Below are positions 1-16,062 of a DNA stretch of 64,000 nucleotides, in pieces; positions within the stretch are counted from its first letter, which is position 1; each line of letters begins with the position of its first letter. The translations under genes were made by a program, and so were the position numbers. The stretch lies in assembly GCF_009914755.1 (NCBI RefSeq), contig NC_060932.1; one strand, 5' to 3'. Origin of the DNA: the human T2T-CHM13v2.0 reference genome, Homo sapiens. The notes below the pieces were generated by a model. It saw only the letters and a list, made by a program, of their open reading frames with translations, was not told the origin of the DNA and searched no databases.

Positions 1-1090
1 TTGTCCCACAGCTCAGTGATGCTCTGTTAACTATTTTAAAACTCTTTTCCCTCAGTTTTGTTTTGAATAGTTTCTATTCCCGTTTTCAAGTTCATTAATA
101 TTTTCTTCAACAATGTCTGTCCTGCCATTAATCCTATTGAGTACATTTTTATCTCAGACATTGTAGTTTTCATGTCTAGAAATTTAATTTGGGTCTTTTA
201 AAATATCTTCCATATCTCCACTTAACTTTTTGAGCATACGGAATATGGTTATTGTAACTGTTTTAGTGTCCTTGTTAGCTAATTTTAACATATATGTCAG
301 TTGTTGGTTTTGATTTATTGATTTTGCTCATCATTTTAGATTTTTCCTGCTTCTTTGTGTGACTGACAATTTTTAATTAGATGCCAGACATTGTGAATTT
401 TATCTTGTTGGAGACTGGATATTTTAAACTCCTATAATATTCTGAGCTTTGTTCTTCAATGCAGTTGAATTACTTGGAAACAGTTTGATTCCTTTGGGTA
501 TTGCTTTTAAGTTTTAGGTGGGGCCAGATAGTGCTCAATTTAGGGATAATTGTTTCCTACTATGGAATTAATACCATTTTGAGTACTTGGTCCAATTCCT
601 GGTGAGTTGTGGTTTTTTCCATTCTGGCTGGTGGGGACAGACACTATTCCCAGCCCATGTGGGAGTAGGGTACTCTTACCTCTGTTCCTTTCAGAGGGCA
701 TTTTGCCCAGCCATGCTGCACTGATCAGTCCTCAATTAAACACATGAGCGAGACCGTCTGTGTATTTCTTTAGTTCCCTCTCCTCTCCAGCTCTGCCAAT
801 GCTAGCCTTCTTGGTCTACGCAAAATCTCAGCTTCCTCTTCTCAACTCAGGTGTCTGCCGGCTCTCTGCCTGGGTTTCCCCTTTACATGTTGTGGCCAGA
901 ACTCTCTCAAGGCAGTCAGCTGGGCAGTATCAGCGCTCCCCTGGTTTGTTCCCTGTCCCTCAGGGGCTAACGTTCTTTGTTGTCTGATGTGTCTTAGAAT
1001 TTTTCTTTCACATGTTTTGTGTGGATTTTTGCTGTTTCAGCCACGAGGGTAAATCGGCCTGTTATTCCCTCTTGGTTGGAAGCAGAAGTC
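1..1090 (-). mobile_element. Ancient L1 (L1M/L1MC-ME type) 5' UTR/ORF1 fragment
   Basis: T-rich antisense ORF1-like text. The reverse complement of 1058-1090 (gacttctgcttccaaccaagagggaataacagg) resembles old L1 5' ends. Confidence 0.7.
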
Positions 1091-1109
1091 CTGGGCAATG
1101 TTCTATTTG

Positions 1110-1290
1110 CCTTACCTGCATTGTTTTACTTAATCCTTATGACAATTTTATAAGATAAGAATTATTGTTATACTCAGTTTTTAGCAGAGAAAACTGATGT
1201 CCAGATAGGCTAAATAGTTTTCCCTTGGACCCACAGCTAATAAGGAGGGGATTCAGTATTTGCTCCCTGTGACATACAGTTCTGGAGCTT
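1110..1290 (-). mobile_element. MIR SINE
   Basis: ttaatccttatgac...gagaaaactgatg...cacagctaataag follows the MIR core in antisense. Confidence 0.65.
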
Positions 1291-2345
1291 GCAAGATTGG
1301 TGACCATTTTAGAGATGGCTTAGATTAACTTCCATAAGAACATTTTATAATTGCTTTCATCATTGTTTAAAAAATGGCCTAATGCTGTTATCAAAATTTG
1401 GGAAAATAAATAATCTTGGTTTCTGAAATTTCCACTGCTATGATAAAAATGATATTTCATTGATGTAATTGATAATGCTTTAAAGAAAGGGCTTTAGAAC
1501 ACTCAGGTAGTTGGCACTTTCTAACAGGGACTTACACAAAATTTGACTTTTTAAATTTTTAAGTTCTAAACAGAGACTTCAGTCAGAGTATTATATTTAG
1601 ATGAATGTGGAAAGAAATTATCTGGTAACCAGGTTAAAAAACAATCTCTTATATCATGGGTTTAGAGGCCCACATTCAGAGGGGATAAAAACAAAAAAGC
1701 ACTTTCTTTTCCGTGCTAGACAGAGTGATTTTAAGTGAAATCTGAACAAGGAGAGGAGTGACCCCTGGGAAGAATGCTTGCAGCAGAGAGAAGAGCCTGT
1801 GCAGAGGTCTGGAGCTTGGAGTGGCCAGGGAGGCTGGACCCCAGACCATCAGAAGGGTTCTGGGATGTGACACTGAAGGTGCTGGGTGGCCACACGGGGC
1901 TCTAGGGGGATGGTCAGGGCAAGGCCTTTATTCTAATAGCAATGCCAGGCCATGGAAGTCGAAGGGCATTTCATAATCTATGGCCTTTCACGTTTAATGA
2001 AATATGCTATATTGAGTCATATAAGAAGTGCCTGCTGCTGTAGTGACATCTCCTCATTTAATCCCAAGTATGATCCTAAAGGAGGTAATGGTGTCTCCAT
2101 TTGGACATGTGGAGTCAGCCTAAGAGGCTGAGGGATCTGAAGCTGATGGACTTTAAGTGTGGATTTACATCCATCCACTTCCTTCCTGTTATTTCATGCT
2201 GCATCCTATAACACCATCTTTATCTGACTCTAAGATTTTGGAAACTAAAACTCCCATGTACAGAGGTTGAGTTTCCTCTTGTGATTTTAAAATATTGAGT
2301 TTTGAATCCCTAGCATCTAGACTGTGGTATCTAAATATCATTGCC

Positions 2346-2711
<366 letters not shown>

Positions 2712-2849
2712 TCAATAAATCAAGAATACTTGCAAAGCCTCCTGGGGTTTTGTCAAAAGGACTGAGGAGCCAACCTGAAGGGGTTGAAGATAGGATAATT
2801 TGTGGATCATTAAGGATAGTAGCTTTAATAGTTTGAGACCATCAGATAT

Positions 2850-3871
2850 TGCTCAGGAATCCTTCCCTGCTACCCTGGTCTGAGGTAGAAAGTCCCATCT
2901 GTTTGCTTAGTAAATGGAAGTTCTTCCATAGTATTTCTTTCCATCTGCACTTCCAAATTAGCCCAAAGAACCCCTAATATAAGGGATATATGTGTCTTAC
3001 CTACCAGTGGATCCTACATAGCCACTTGAGGCTGAAATGAAAGTCCTTAACCCCTCTGGCAGATTAGCAGGCCCTCCTTTGGCTAAAAGACCCCCAAATT
3101 GTAAGTTCCTGGCTGTATTAGTTCATTTTCACACTGCTATAAAGAACTACCTGAGACTGGGCAATTCAGGAAGAAAAGAGGTTTAATTGACTCACAGTTC
3201 CACAGACTGTACAGGAAGCATGACTGGGAGGCCTCAGAAAACTTACAATCATGGCAGAAGGGTGATGGGGAAGCAAGCACATCTTCACAGGGTGGCAGGA
3301 GAGAGAGAGCAAAGGGGGAGGTGCCACACACTTTAAACTATCAGCTCTTGTGAGAACTCACTTACTACCAGGAGGACAGCAAGGAGAAAATCCGCCCCGA
3401 TGATCCATTCATCTCCCACCAGGTCTCTCCCTCAACATGGGGAATTACAATTCCATATGACATTTGGGTGGGGACACAGAGCCAAACCATATCACTGGCC
3501 ATGGTGGGATGGGAGTCTGGTCACATCCCATTTGCTTCCAGCCCCCTTCCCCTTACTAATCACAACTAGATTTTCTCAAAAGCCAGCTTGAGGGAATGAA
3601 AGGCTCAAAGACCCCTTGGCTTAGATCAGCTGGCTGCCCAGAGTCGTGCATGGGTCTTCTTCATGAATATTCATAAACTTTTCTCATATCCTGTTAAATA
3701 TGTACACCCTGCTGCCCCATTTAGCATATTTACCTGTCTCTTCTTCCTTCTCCCTGAAGCAAGGTTCTCTAGTTTAGCCTGAGACTTTGCTTCTTGCCTG
3801 CATGTTGTAACTGCCTTAGAAATAAAGGTCTCCTTTTAAATTCACCGACTTTGTGACTCTTTTCACTCCAC
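2850..3871 (+). mobile_element. ERV solo LTR (MER39/MER34-like), split by MSTA
   Basis: LTR-like layout with AATAAA at ~3820 and a CA end. The family name is tentative and the left boundary is approximate. Confidence 0.45.
3114..3494 (-). mobile_element. MSTA (ERVL-MaLR) solo LTR
   Basis: tgtattagttcattttcacactgct...ccaaaccatatca termini. Perfect 5-bp TSD ctggc at 3109-3113 and 3495-3499. Confidence 0.92.
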
Positions 3872-6831
3872 ACAATCCATAAATATTAGTTGGATAATAA
3901 GTAAGTGAATAGACAGAATAAAAACATCATGTATTGAAATGGTTATAGTAAAAGGAAAGGGTTAATGGGCTCTTACTCTTTTTAAGGCAAGGTGGCCCTT
4001 GGATAGCTAAGGGAGGAACAGTCCCTTCTCTCTAGGAAAATTCACATATGTACATTACAACACAAACACAAAGTTTCCTATACAATTACAAGAGATTCAG
4101 AAATTTACTGTAATCTGTCTAACCTCCATTTTCAGAAACCATGATTTAGTATATGGCAGTTACTTTCTTATCAGGTTCACACGTATTTTTTTTAAATTGA
4201 AGAATGAGAAGGAATGTGTGAGGTGAAATTACTTCCAATATGATTAGAAGCCACACCATAAGATCTTGCACTTTACCTCATGTAGTGCATAACATTTTGA
4301 TGGATGGCTAAAAACCTGGAGTCTAGCTAGGTAACCAAAAATCCCAGTTATCTAACGTCTTTATTTTTTGTAATACAATTTACTGAAATTAAACCTAAAT
4401 TTAAAATTTGAATGATTGTCCAGAAAGTTTCAACAAGTACAGTCTTAGGGAGATTTTTTTTAAGCTACAGAATACTCACATCTCACATATACTTGTAGCC
4501 AACTTTTCAGTGCACACTTAGGGAAAGTGGTGTGGCATGATCCAATAAGCAAATCCATACTCATTCAGTCAAAATACACCCCATTCCCATTCTTCCCCCA
4601 ACATCTTGCTCAGCTTTTTTCCTCTTTGCATCCCATGGCCCATTGCTTAATTTTGATCTTGAAATCTTAGCCATGTCTGACAGCTGAGTCTTTCCATATG
4701 CAGAACTGAAAGCACATCTCATGGCCAGGTTTGTACTCACAGAACATTATCTACATAGAAGTTGCTGTTAACTGCTGTGGATATGACATCAGAGAGAATG
4801 TATGTTATTCACAGCCTGAAGACGCAACGTAAGATTATATGAAGCCCCTGGCCCTTTGGATGTCTACAATACTCCACAGCTGAGGCCTCTTGAGCTTACA
4901 TTTCATTTACATCAAAGGCACATCAGAAAACATAATAATGTTCTCTGGAGCAGATAGTTGTCTTTTGATTAGTACATGTGTAATGTGTCCAGAAACCCCT
5001 GAGCTTCTGTCCTTGACCAGTATAAAGATAATTTAGGATTTCAATGTGGGTTTACACAAGAAAAATTCTACTAGAACATTATAGAACATAATTGAAAACT
5101 ATATTAGAACATTGTAAACTGCCCGCCCCCCCATTAAAGCCAGTAAATCGTATGTAGTGAACCTTACTCCAGGCTACAGAAGTGCTGTTTCCATAACTCT
5201 GATGTATTGTAACAACGAACCTTTTTCTATTAACTGTTCAGTTCACTTTGGTTTGATTCTCTGTTATGGCGTCAACTTACAAATATTCCCAGGAGGATAC
5301 ACACTCAAGGCTCAGTGTACAGAGGGATAGAACTTTGAAGTGAGATCTATCAGGATGATGAATTTCAGTCACTTTGGTTTCATGGGGAAGAGATCACTAA
5401 ATCAGTAAAGCACACAGCCAGTTTCTAAGGGTGATTTTATTATTAGGGGTAAGGCTGAAATTCTATATCAAAGGTCTAGGCAAGAAGATGTTTGTTTAAA
5501 CGACTATTTTCTTGTTCTCTTGCCTAACAATGGGTGGGATTCTGGGAAGGGTTTGAGCTAGTAGATGCATCTTTGATTAAGCCGAGGATATCTATAAGTT
5601 GGTGATAAACCCGTTGGCCCATGTTAACCTTTGGTTTGCAGATCTTATTGGTGCATCAAACATACAACTCAGTTAGCTTTCATCACTTGAATTGTGTTCT
5701 CTGACACCCAGCAAGACAGTTTTCAGCCAAAAAGCAATTAGTAGTTTTTCGAACAATAACAACAACAAAGGCAAAAGAAGAATGATCCATTGTTTCACTA
5801 ACTGCTATAAATCAGGAACATTCAGTGTCATGAGCAGGATACACAAAAAATACACAATGGTGCCCAGCCTGGCTCCCTGCAGGATGGTCTCCCAGCACTG
5901 CAATGTGGAAGATGGCCCCGGGCAACCCAGTGACCTCACATTCACTTAGATTTCTTTGGAACAGAATGTTTCATTTGCAAATGTGAAAATGATGATGAAG
6001 TTATTTAGGGTCTGAAGGGAGTTTGGAGTTTTGAAAAATGGAAAGGAAATGATCACAAACAGCAGATAAAAAGCTGAAGGGTTTTTGTTGACTCCTTGTT
6101 CCGCTCCCAGCTGGGGGAGACGACGGAACAACAGACTCCTCTCCCCATCCGATTCAGACTTGATAAGCAGGTGATGTAAGGCTGGGGAGGCCTGGGCATG
6201 AGACCTCCTCCTCATTCTTGCATCCCTGAAGTCAAGATTCGTGTCTCTTTGGACGCGGCCTTAACCAACTCACATTTGTGTTTCCCAGAGTTTTTTCCTC
6301 AACAGTAGCCATATACATATGTGGATGAGGCGCTGTCAGCCCCATCCTGGGTTTCCTACTGACGTTCGGGTGATGCTGAAATGACAGTGCTCTCTCCGGG
6401 CTCTCTGTTGGTTTCTGTTTGAAACCGTCCCCTTGTTTCCATCGTGGGCACCTCTCACCGGCATCCAGAGGTCCCTTTTGGCAGGCGAGGCGGGTTTCCA
6501 TCTTCCCTGTGCCTCTTGGATCTAACTGGGCTCAGGAGTTTATTTTCCTTCCTTTCCTCCCACCTCTCACTCCTTCACTGCAGGCTCTTAAAGACAAACT
6601 CTGAATGTGATTAATGGTGGCAGAGATTGGGAACATAAAGTGCAAGCACTGGAGTGTTTATTTGTTTAAGAGAGTTGTTTTGGGGCTGTTTCTTCATGCA
6701 GCTACATGGCCACTAGAAGAACCTTGGCTCTGCTGTGAGCTGGAAGAGTCCTTCTAAGAGTGCTGAAGAGAAGGAGAGGCAGGGGAGAGGCTCACTCTTC
6801 TGAGTAACTCCTTTCCATCTTTAGCATAATC

Positions 6832-6973
6832 TTTTTTTTTTAAGAGATGCCCAGGCTGGCATGTAGTGGTGTGATCATAGCTCACTACAGCCTTGAACTC
6901 CTGGCGTAAAGTAATTTTCCCACCTCAGCCTCCCCAGTACTTGGGATTAGAGGCATGGGCCACCACACCCACC
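6832..6973 (-). mobile_element. Alu monomer (FLAM-like)
   Basis: Poly-T followed by a single Alu arm. Flanks tagcataat / taggataat. Confidence 0.85.
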
Positions 6974-9860
6974 TAGGATAATTCCTCTTTCAACCTTTAC
7001 AGGGAGGGAGATGCATCTTTTGTGAAGTTTATCTCAATGTTAGCAAGTCTTGCGAAGGCTGGTACCTGACTGCTGGATTGAAGTGCGTCATTCGATCAGA
7101 AGTGGGGGAAGAGGTCTTAGCGAAGCTCGAAGTTAAGTGGAAATGTTTTTAGTATATGCTTATCATATCACCAGCTATGTTCAGAAAAGGATTCTATTCA
7201 AATTTTGCATCTGGGGCTCCTCATTCCCCAGATCTGCTCCTCAGCCGACTTGATGTAATTCCCCAGAGAGAGATTTCAGGATAGCACGTTTCTTTTTAGA
7301 AACAAAGACCTCTCTTTGCTGTTGTGCGTGGTTGTGCGTGTGCCTGTGTTCCTCGGCATGACTGAGGCCAGGTGTCAGGTGTCAGGTCTGAAGACTGCAC
7401 AGCAGGGGAGGCTGCCCAAGTATGTCAGTAGCTCCTTCCGGAGGCGAGGCCTTTGGCCTGGGGCAGGTAACGCACATTTCATGTGTGGTATGGGAAGGAG
7501 AAGTTCACAAGTGTGTCGGCTAGATTTCCACCAGCTCATTATTTGTTTAGCTCAGATATTAATAGAGTTTATGTAACATGTTTGAATTTGGTACCTACAC
7601 ACTTGAACAGGATTTCTTGAGTTCACCTGTCTGGCTTTCCTCACCCTGAGCTGCTGTGCTGTTGGACACCACTGGACAGGTGTGGCCTGAAGGGTGAGCT
7701 CCTGCTTGGAGCAGGTGGTCTTGTCTCACTCAGGAGGCTCCCTTGCTGGAAGTCAGGCTCCCTGTAAATGCAGCCTCTGCACTTCATGACTTCTCTGCCA
7801 TGATGGCAGTGTTTTCAAGGGAAAGACACTAATGTGTTCTCCTTTATTTTAATGTTTTTTTCTTTCATATTCAACATGATGATTACATTAGCTCTAGATT
7901 CTGCCTTTGCAAAATGCTCCCTTCTGTTTTCCTTATCTGAAAAGGTTTTGAGATTGGAATAAAGTGATTCCTCATCGTGTTGCCTTTCTTGAGAAGAGGT
8001 ACTATGGACTCTTTCAATTATTTATTAGCTTAGGCAACTTTAAATCTTTACTCTTTCTCCTATGTCTGCCACAGTAAATGCTGACAAACTGCAGGAAGAT
8101 ATAGAAAAGTTTTAACATTAAATTTCTGAGGATATTTCTTCCCACACTTAAAAATCTAGGATTGTTATTCTTCATAGGTTGATTGCCAAATAGTTCTTTA
8201 AAATTATAGCATTTGCTTCCTGTTTTCAAGGGTTATCTGAAATCAACTATTCAAATATAGACTAGTTGCAAAACACAGAGCTTAAATTAGACTTTGTGGG
8301 GACTGTAGGGACAGCTCTGTCCCAGGGCAGGTGTGGAGGCTCCAGCATGCAAACACAGCTACCACATTTGTGGCAGGGCCTGACCCCCACAAATACCCCA
8401 CCCCACATACTCCAGGCTAATGTGAGTGTCCACAGGCCCCTAACCCCCTCCTCAGCTTGGTGTCACTGGGGCTCTGAAATCCAGAGGTCAGACTCCACTC
8501 AGGAGGTCTTGGTGGTTTTCCTGGAAGGTGAGTGATTGCCTGAGTTCCTTTATACCTTTGTTGCCTCCAAGTAGAAATAAAGAGAAGAAATTGATGTTTC
8601 TTCACACATTTCTTGTGTGGATCATATCTTCAAGGAAGGTATGATCTTTCCTTGTGACCAGACATATTTATAAGTGTTCTCTCCATGTTACATTTTCTGT
8701 AGGAGGCTCTCTATCAAATTACTGTATTATTGGCTTTCCATTCAGTGGCAAAGGCCCATTTTGTTCTCATTAAGAGTGCTCTTATATATGAGACCCAGTA
8801 ATTGCTCAACAAATAATAGTAACTGAATTAGTTCATGGTTCTGATAATGCCAGAGATTTCCAGGAAGAAAGGGTCAGTGATACAGAATGGATACATGTGG
8901 TTCTGTGAGCAATCTTGAGTAGGTGATATTGTTGCATAGTTATCTCTGTCTGTAGCCTAATACTGAAATGCCAGCCCAGCTAATTCCATTTATTCAACAC
9001 TAAAAACACCAATGTGATATTGATATTAATGGTCTGATCATCCCTCAATACAATTTCCTCTCATTTGATAATGAGGCCACTGGCCACATAGTTCTCCAGC
9101 AGTGTCAGTGTGCAGACATCACCACTGAGTGACCAGCATTATTTGCAACTTTTTGTTGGCTGGTCCCCAAAGCCCCGCTGCTTTACTTCAAGGGCAAAAT
9201 GCCCCAGACACCATACCTGCAGCAGTCTCTTCACTCAAGATGCCTAAGTTCTTACCTCCCATCACTTACTTAACTTACTTCCTGTCAGGTGCTCAGCTGG
9301 TCAACGTGCTGGATGGTATCTTCTGTGTATAATAGCACTGGTACTGTTAGGGAGCCCTTTCACCTCAGTTCACTGCATATCATCTGCTTGGATAGCTTAC
9401 TCTGGAAGGATGTCCCCTGAATAAGTTAATTCCTGTGTGTTCTTGTAGTTCCACGTGCCTGTGGCTTGTCAAGAGAAACCATCCACATTGGGTTTCTCAT
9501 CTGAAACCCCAACAGCACTTAACTGGTGAATGTAAGCTGCAGTTCTGCTATCTGGCACAGCCTGAATGCATCATCTTGCCATGTGGCCTGGTCTGGCATG
9601 GGTGTGTGTGATGATGCTCCCATAGCCTTGGCTACACACCGGCTGTATCCCTGGGGTGCCCAGGGGCCCGATGAATCGGCTGAAGGTACATTCCTCACTT
9701 GCTTCTTTTCATGACCTTGGAATTCAGCACTGAAATTACTGTCTACACATCTTTACTTCCCATTCCTGATTCACTTGTGGTTGAACGTCTGAGGGCATTA
9801 GACCACAGGAGAGTCTGTATTTAGCTCCAGGAATATTCTGAGGGCTGGGCACCAAAGCCG

Positions 9861-9975
9861 GTGGCAGCGTGAGTGTCCACAGTGCTGCTCTGCATTCCAC
9901 CTTGCAGAGGTGGCGTCTGGTGAGTGTCCCCAGTGCTGTTCTGCATTCCACCCTGGAGAGGTGGGCATCTGGTGA
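9861..9975. repeat. Tandem repeat, ~51-bp unit x ~2.3
   Basis: gtgagtgtccMcagtgctgYtctgcattccaccYtgSagaggtgg occurs twice, with a partial third start. Confidence 0.85.
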
Positions 9976-11797
9976 CCTGAGTGGCAATGAGGAGCTGGCT
10001 TCCCAGACCATCAGTTCAGAGGGGGATGCATCTCCTTTGTCTCCTTTTCACCTGCAGGCCATGTGTGTGTCTCATAGCTCAGTGGCTCAGCATGACTTTG
10101 TTTCTAGACATACAATTGCTGTGGGGTTCGTCGAAGAGTTAGGAAATCCTTGTCATTCCTCATCACTATTAAGCAATCAGTTTCCCTGGAATCCTACTTA
10201 TGTTGGACCAGATAAGCTGTCAGCACTCCAAGTGGCCTTTCACTGATGTGCAGCCCCTTGTCCCCTGTTTACTTAGAGCGTGCCTAATGGTCAGAACCTG
10301 TCAGATGTAGTGGGTTCACGGGTTGTCTCCAATCCGCCAGCCAGGCCTCCCTCAGGTGCATAACTGAAGGGAATAATTAGAAGAAAATACTAAAGGATGT
10401 GCAGATTGACTAACTCCAGTGGGGAGAGTGAGAAAGGAAGTCTGCATTATGGGTACCGCAGCTACACAAAGCTCAGCGGACTGGCTGCATCGCTTGGCCT
10501 GGGGCTGGCTTTCTTCTAGCAGATAGAGACAGAGAGCAATTAGCGTTTGAAAGCATAAGCAAGCCAATCTGTTTTGTTTATACAGAGAGTTTCCCCCAGA
10601 AGTGAGGCAGAAGCAGAGACATCAGTAATGAGCACATGTGTTTGGAAAGAGTATGAGGTACTTATAAATATTATAGTGGCGTCGCTATAGTTAAAGGTCT
10701 GGCAGCATTTCCATTATAAACTCTCAGTGTCAGGGGTTTAAAACTCAGCTGTAAAAATTCCAGGCTACAGCTTGGCATCCCAGGCTCTGCCTGGGAACCA
10801 GGCCTGCATCCGTGACCTCCTGCAGGTCTCTGCTGGTGTTCCCGTGCTGTGCTGCTTCTATCTTTGTGCCTCTGGTCCTGTTTGCACCAACTAGGGGAGG
10901 AAAGAGCTGACTCTGGAGCTTGTATGGCAGGGTAAGGCCTCCTCGGTTATTGGAAAGGAGAAGCCAGACAAGAGGTATCCACTGATTTCATTGACCTCTG
11001 TTTCGAGCTAGAGCTTGGTTTGCATAAGACACCTTCCAGTTGTTACAAGTGGCTCCTGTGAACCACAACGCCAAGGGCCAGATATCACTGGACATGCAGT
11101 CGGGTTAGGAAAATGCAAGGACAATCATGCTAATACCTGACAGCCAAGCATTTTACATATGCACCTCCCTTAAGGTCGTCCAGCCATTTTAAGGGAAATC
11201 CCCAAGGCTATCCAGGAGACTGTACTCTCCAAAGAAGGCACTGTACTTTATCTTTGGTCTATAAGGCTAACAGTCCAAAAAATTGATTAGCAAGTTGGGC
11301 ACAGGGTTACTTGCAGACAGTTAAAATAGGTGTAGAGAGTTCCAGAATTAATACGCAAACCATCTTGGCTAACATGACTTTTGAGAGAAACATTTTTCCC
11401 CTCATTTTGTGATAGCAGCACGTGTGGAATTTAAATCAACAGATGCTCTTTCTATGATAAGCGTTAACCTAAACCGAAGACCAATCAGAGCGACGAGCAT
11501 CAGTCTCCAGAGAGTGGCCACATCCCGTGATCTGTGAGAGAAGGGCTCACCTTGTTCTCCAGATGGTACACGGATGGCTGTGACTCTACAGAAACTGTCT
11601 GGACCTTGCGGGAAGTGGAGGCTGGAGGCAAGCTTCCCCCTGCAGTCTCATCTTATCTAGTGCTAGCAACACCCCCCTTTTATCATTACATTATCCCCGC
11701 TGTTGTTACATCCCTGTAACAGCTACACATTTTCCTTTTGTAATAGACTGACGTGCACTGTGTTGCCAGAGATATCCTGAATTGTTAAGTGAAAAAA

Positions 11798-11998
<201 letters not shown>

Positions 11999-12134
11999 AA
12001 GATTCTTAAGATAATACTTCAGAAGTCTTAACAAAGCCTAGGAAAAGAGCCAAACAATTTATTTGGGACCCGAGACTCCGTGAATTCATAAAAGGTCAAG
12101 TGCCAGTGTGAAACTTAAGAAAACATCTTCCTTT

Positions 12135-12485
<351 letters not shown>

Positions 12486-13002
12486 TCATGGAATCCTATT
12501 TGATCCTAAGCTAATGTCACTCTCCAAATCGCCACATTATGTCTACATAGGTAGAAACAATATTTATCAAAGGGAAAATTTCTAAGAATCATTTGCTACA
12601 ATCATAAAACCATTTGCTGTTTATTCTATTTTGTGAGAAACTGGATTTAAGCAAGGTATAGTCAACTGATTTAAATCACTAAGAAAGAAAGATATTTGCT
12701 GTTAAAATGGACACTTCAATCCTAGCTGAGTCCACAGTATAAAAAAGTAAGAGGCAAAAGCCAAACTTTGTGGGTTAAACATAGTAAGCTTGGGTTTCCA
12801 GCCTTGCCCTTGGATGCTTTGGCTTCAGGTGAGATCTGAGGAAGTACAGGATGAGGGCTGAACACACTGCTTTCATTACAGACACACTTTTCCCTCAGTG
12901 GCATAGTGAGGGCTGGGGCTGGGGCGGGCATAGAAACCATGCTGAATCCAAAATAAATCAGGAGTAAAATTCAAAGTTCCCTTTTGGGGTGGGGTATAAT
13001 AG

Positions 13003-13401
<399 letters not shown>

Positions 13402-15754
13402 TGATGAATTGTATGTTTTCGTTTTGTCTGGAGACAAGTGAAGGATCCGTGGGGTTTTCAGGTGGCATACCTGCCCTTCCACCTCTTCCTCTGGGCTTGC
13501 CCCCTCCTATTCCAGAAGCTTCCTTTACCATCTTCACTCTCATCTTCACTTCTCAGCATCATTTTAAGGACCTATAGCCAGCAAGATACATAAAATCATT
13601 TAGACGATTACTTACAAATGAGCGCAACAGGCAGACGAAGCAAGAGGGTGGCAGCACGCAGCCCAGGCTGGGCCCAGGGTCTCAGAGTCTTGGGTCTTCA
13701 CAACTCACCTGTGGTTTTCTCCCACAGGGTTGTAGGCCTGGCATGCAAAGACATCTAATTGTGTGCAAAACCTACAAACACCGTGTTGATTTGGGTCACA
13801 CACACAGAAAGCACCGTTACTACATTTGTTTTGTAATTAATAATGGCTTGAAAAATTTGTTTCTCATTCTTAATGAATTTTTCTTTGAGGGACATTTGAA
13901 ATCTATTATTTCAAGCTTAAGTCTTGCAAATTTATATTAGCTCTTTGCAGCAATACTTTTCTACCATATTAACATAACACACACACCCTTCTCAGCAGAG
14001 CAGTCACAGAACACATATTTCCTTTCATGAGCCAAAAGATTAACATCGTCTTCAAATAGTTCCTGAACTGATTTTTTTTTCTTGTACTGAAGATGTTGAT
14101 TAAAATGACAGTACTTTACTCTAGCTACTATTTGTTTCTTTTTCTACCATGCTAGAAGAATGAGCCTTTAATCCTAAAGTTCCCCAGCGCCTCAGGCTAT
14201 CAATAGTGTGGGAGATCCACTTAAGACTATTTTTTATTGCTTTGTTTCTTCTCACGGTAAACAACAAAGTTGGGGATAGGCTGGCAGTTCATCACTGGGT
14301 AAAGTTTTAGTAGCTGCACATCTGTGGATGGCCATGAGTAATCATCTCGCGCTGGTTAGGATTAGGCTGCTGGAGGGGGCGACCCTCAGGCTTTCAAGTA
14401 CAACGGACGCACCTTGACCTTGGGACGTGGGGGCCTGCACACCTTCCATAGAAGAGCAGGGAGCTTAATAAGGTTTGTTAAATAAGGAATGCAATTTGTA
14501 ATCACTAGTTGATTCTAACGTATTATAAGACCTGAAATCCTGTTTCCTTTTGAAGACTGCCTCTTTGTAACACCATAAATAAATACGTATATTTCTCTAC
14601 ATGGAAGGCCTCTATGTTCCCTACAAAGTGTGGGAACTTTGTAAAGTGTGATTCCGGGGAAAGTGCTCACAACCCTTGAAGGCCATATGTCCAGCGATGG
14701 AGAGCCATGTATGGATTTGCCTCCGGTAAGTGCTTTACTACCAGACCTCTGTGTCACAGTTGTAGGCCCTTTCTACCACAGGATTCCAATATTAATCTTC
14801 AAGTTTTAGGAGTTATATGTAAAAACTGGAAAAGGTGATAAAAGAAAATTGTAAGGTAATTTATTTGAATATTGGAATTGGACATAAGTTGAGCTAATGT
14901 GACTGTTTTAACCTAAAGAAGAAAAGGTTACATTTGTTTTCAAATATTTGGATGACAAAATAATGTAGCATTTTATAGAAAACAGATTAAAGAGATAGAA
15001 GAACCAATCAAAGTTTGAAATGGATCATGTAACAAGTCCTGTGGATGCTTTAACCTTGAAAATCAGAAACAAGATTTGCAATAGTTTGATCCTGCCAAGG
15101 CCCTTTCAGTACTAGAATTTTAGGGCAGTTTTGGCTAAATATTTTCTCCAAAAGAACAAATATTGCTTTCTGACATTAGGATCACACAGGAGATCATAAC
15201 TATTTGGTAGTTTGAAGACATAATCATTGTTACGTTAGTAAAAATGGAAAAGTACATATTTCTTACAAAAATCCTACAACTTGGAGAACTGCCAAGTACC
15301 TGTTGGCCGGGAAGGGAAGCTGATCTGACCGGCGTGCTTCCTTCCCTTGGTGTTGTTTTCTACAGAAATAGAGTAAAATGCCTCCCACAGTGCCACTCCT
15401 CCACTGTCAGGCTGGAAGTGCTCCTAGCCCAGAACAGAAACAAAAATGATGTGCCCTTTGTTGATTTCTCCTCATCGTCAAATGGCCAGTGGCCAGGAGG
15501 CAGCCCTTGGCAACTAACAATGAAATCGGAAATGGCTTGTGGTAAATATTTCCCTTCAAGGCCCTTTTCCTACCACAGCGCTGGTCAGGTTCAAGATGGA
15601 CATACTCAGATGACTAATGTGTGGCTTTCCAATGATTTGAACTTGTCTGAGGGATGCTGTGAAAATGAATTATTGTTTTCCCCACATTTAAAAAATTGAG
15701 ACCAAAACTGACGAGGTAACCACCTTAAAATATTTTTTAAAACTCCACAAATTC

Positions 15755-16062
<308 letters not shown>

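Noticed and set aside
15244-15699. 151-aa ATG ORF, and similar 100-170-aa ORFs at 30-42 kb
   Set aside because: No recognisable homology. Their lengths are within chance expectation for six frames of 64 kb.
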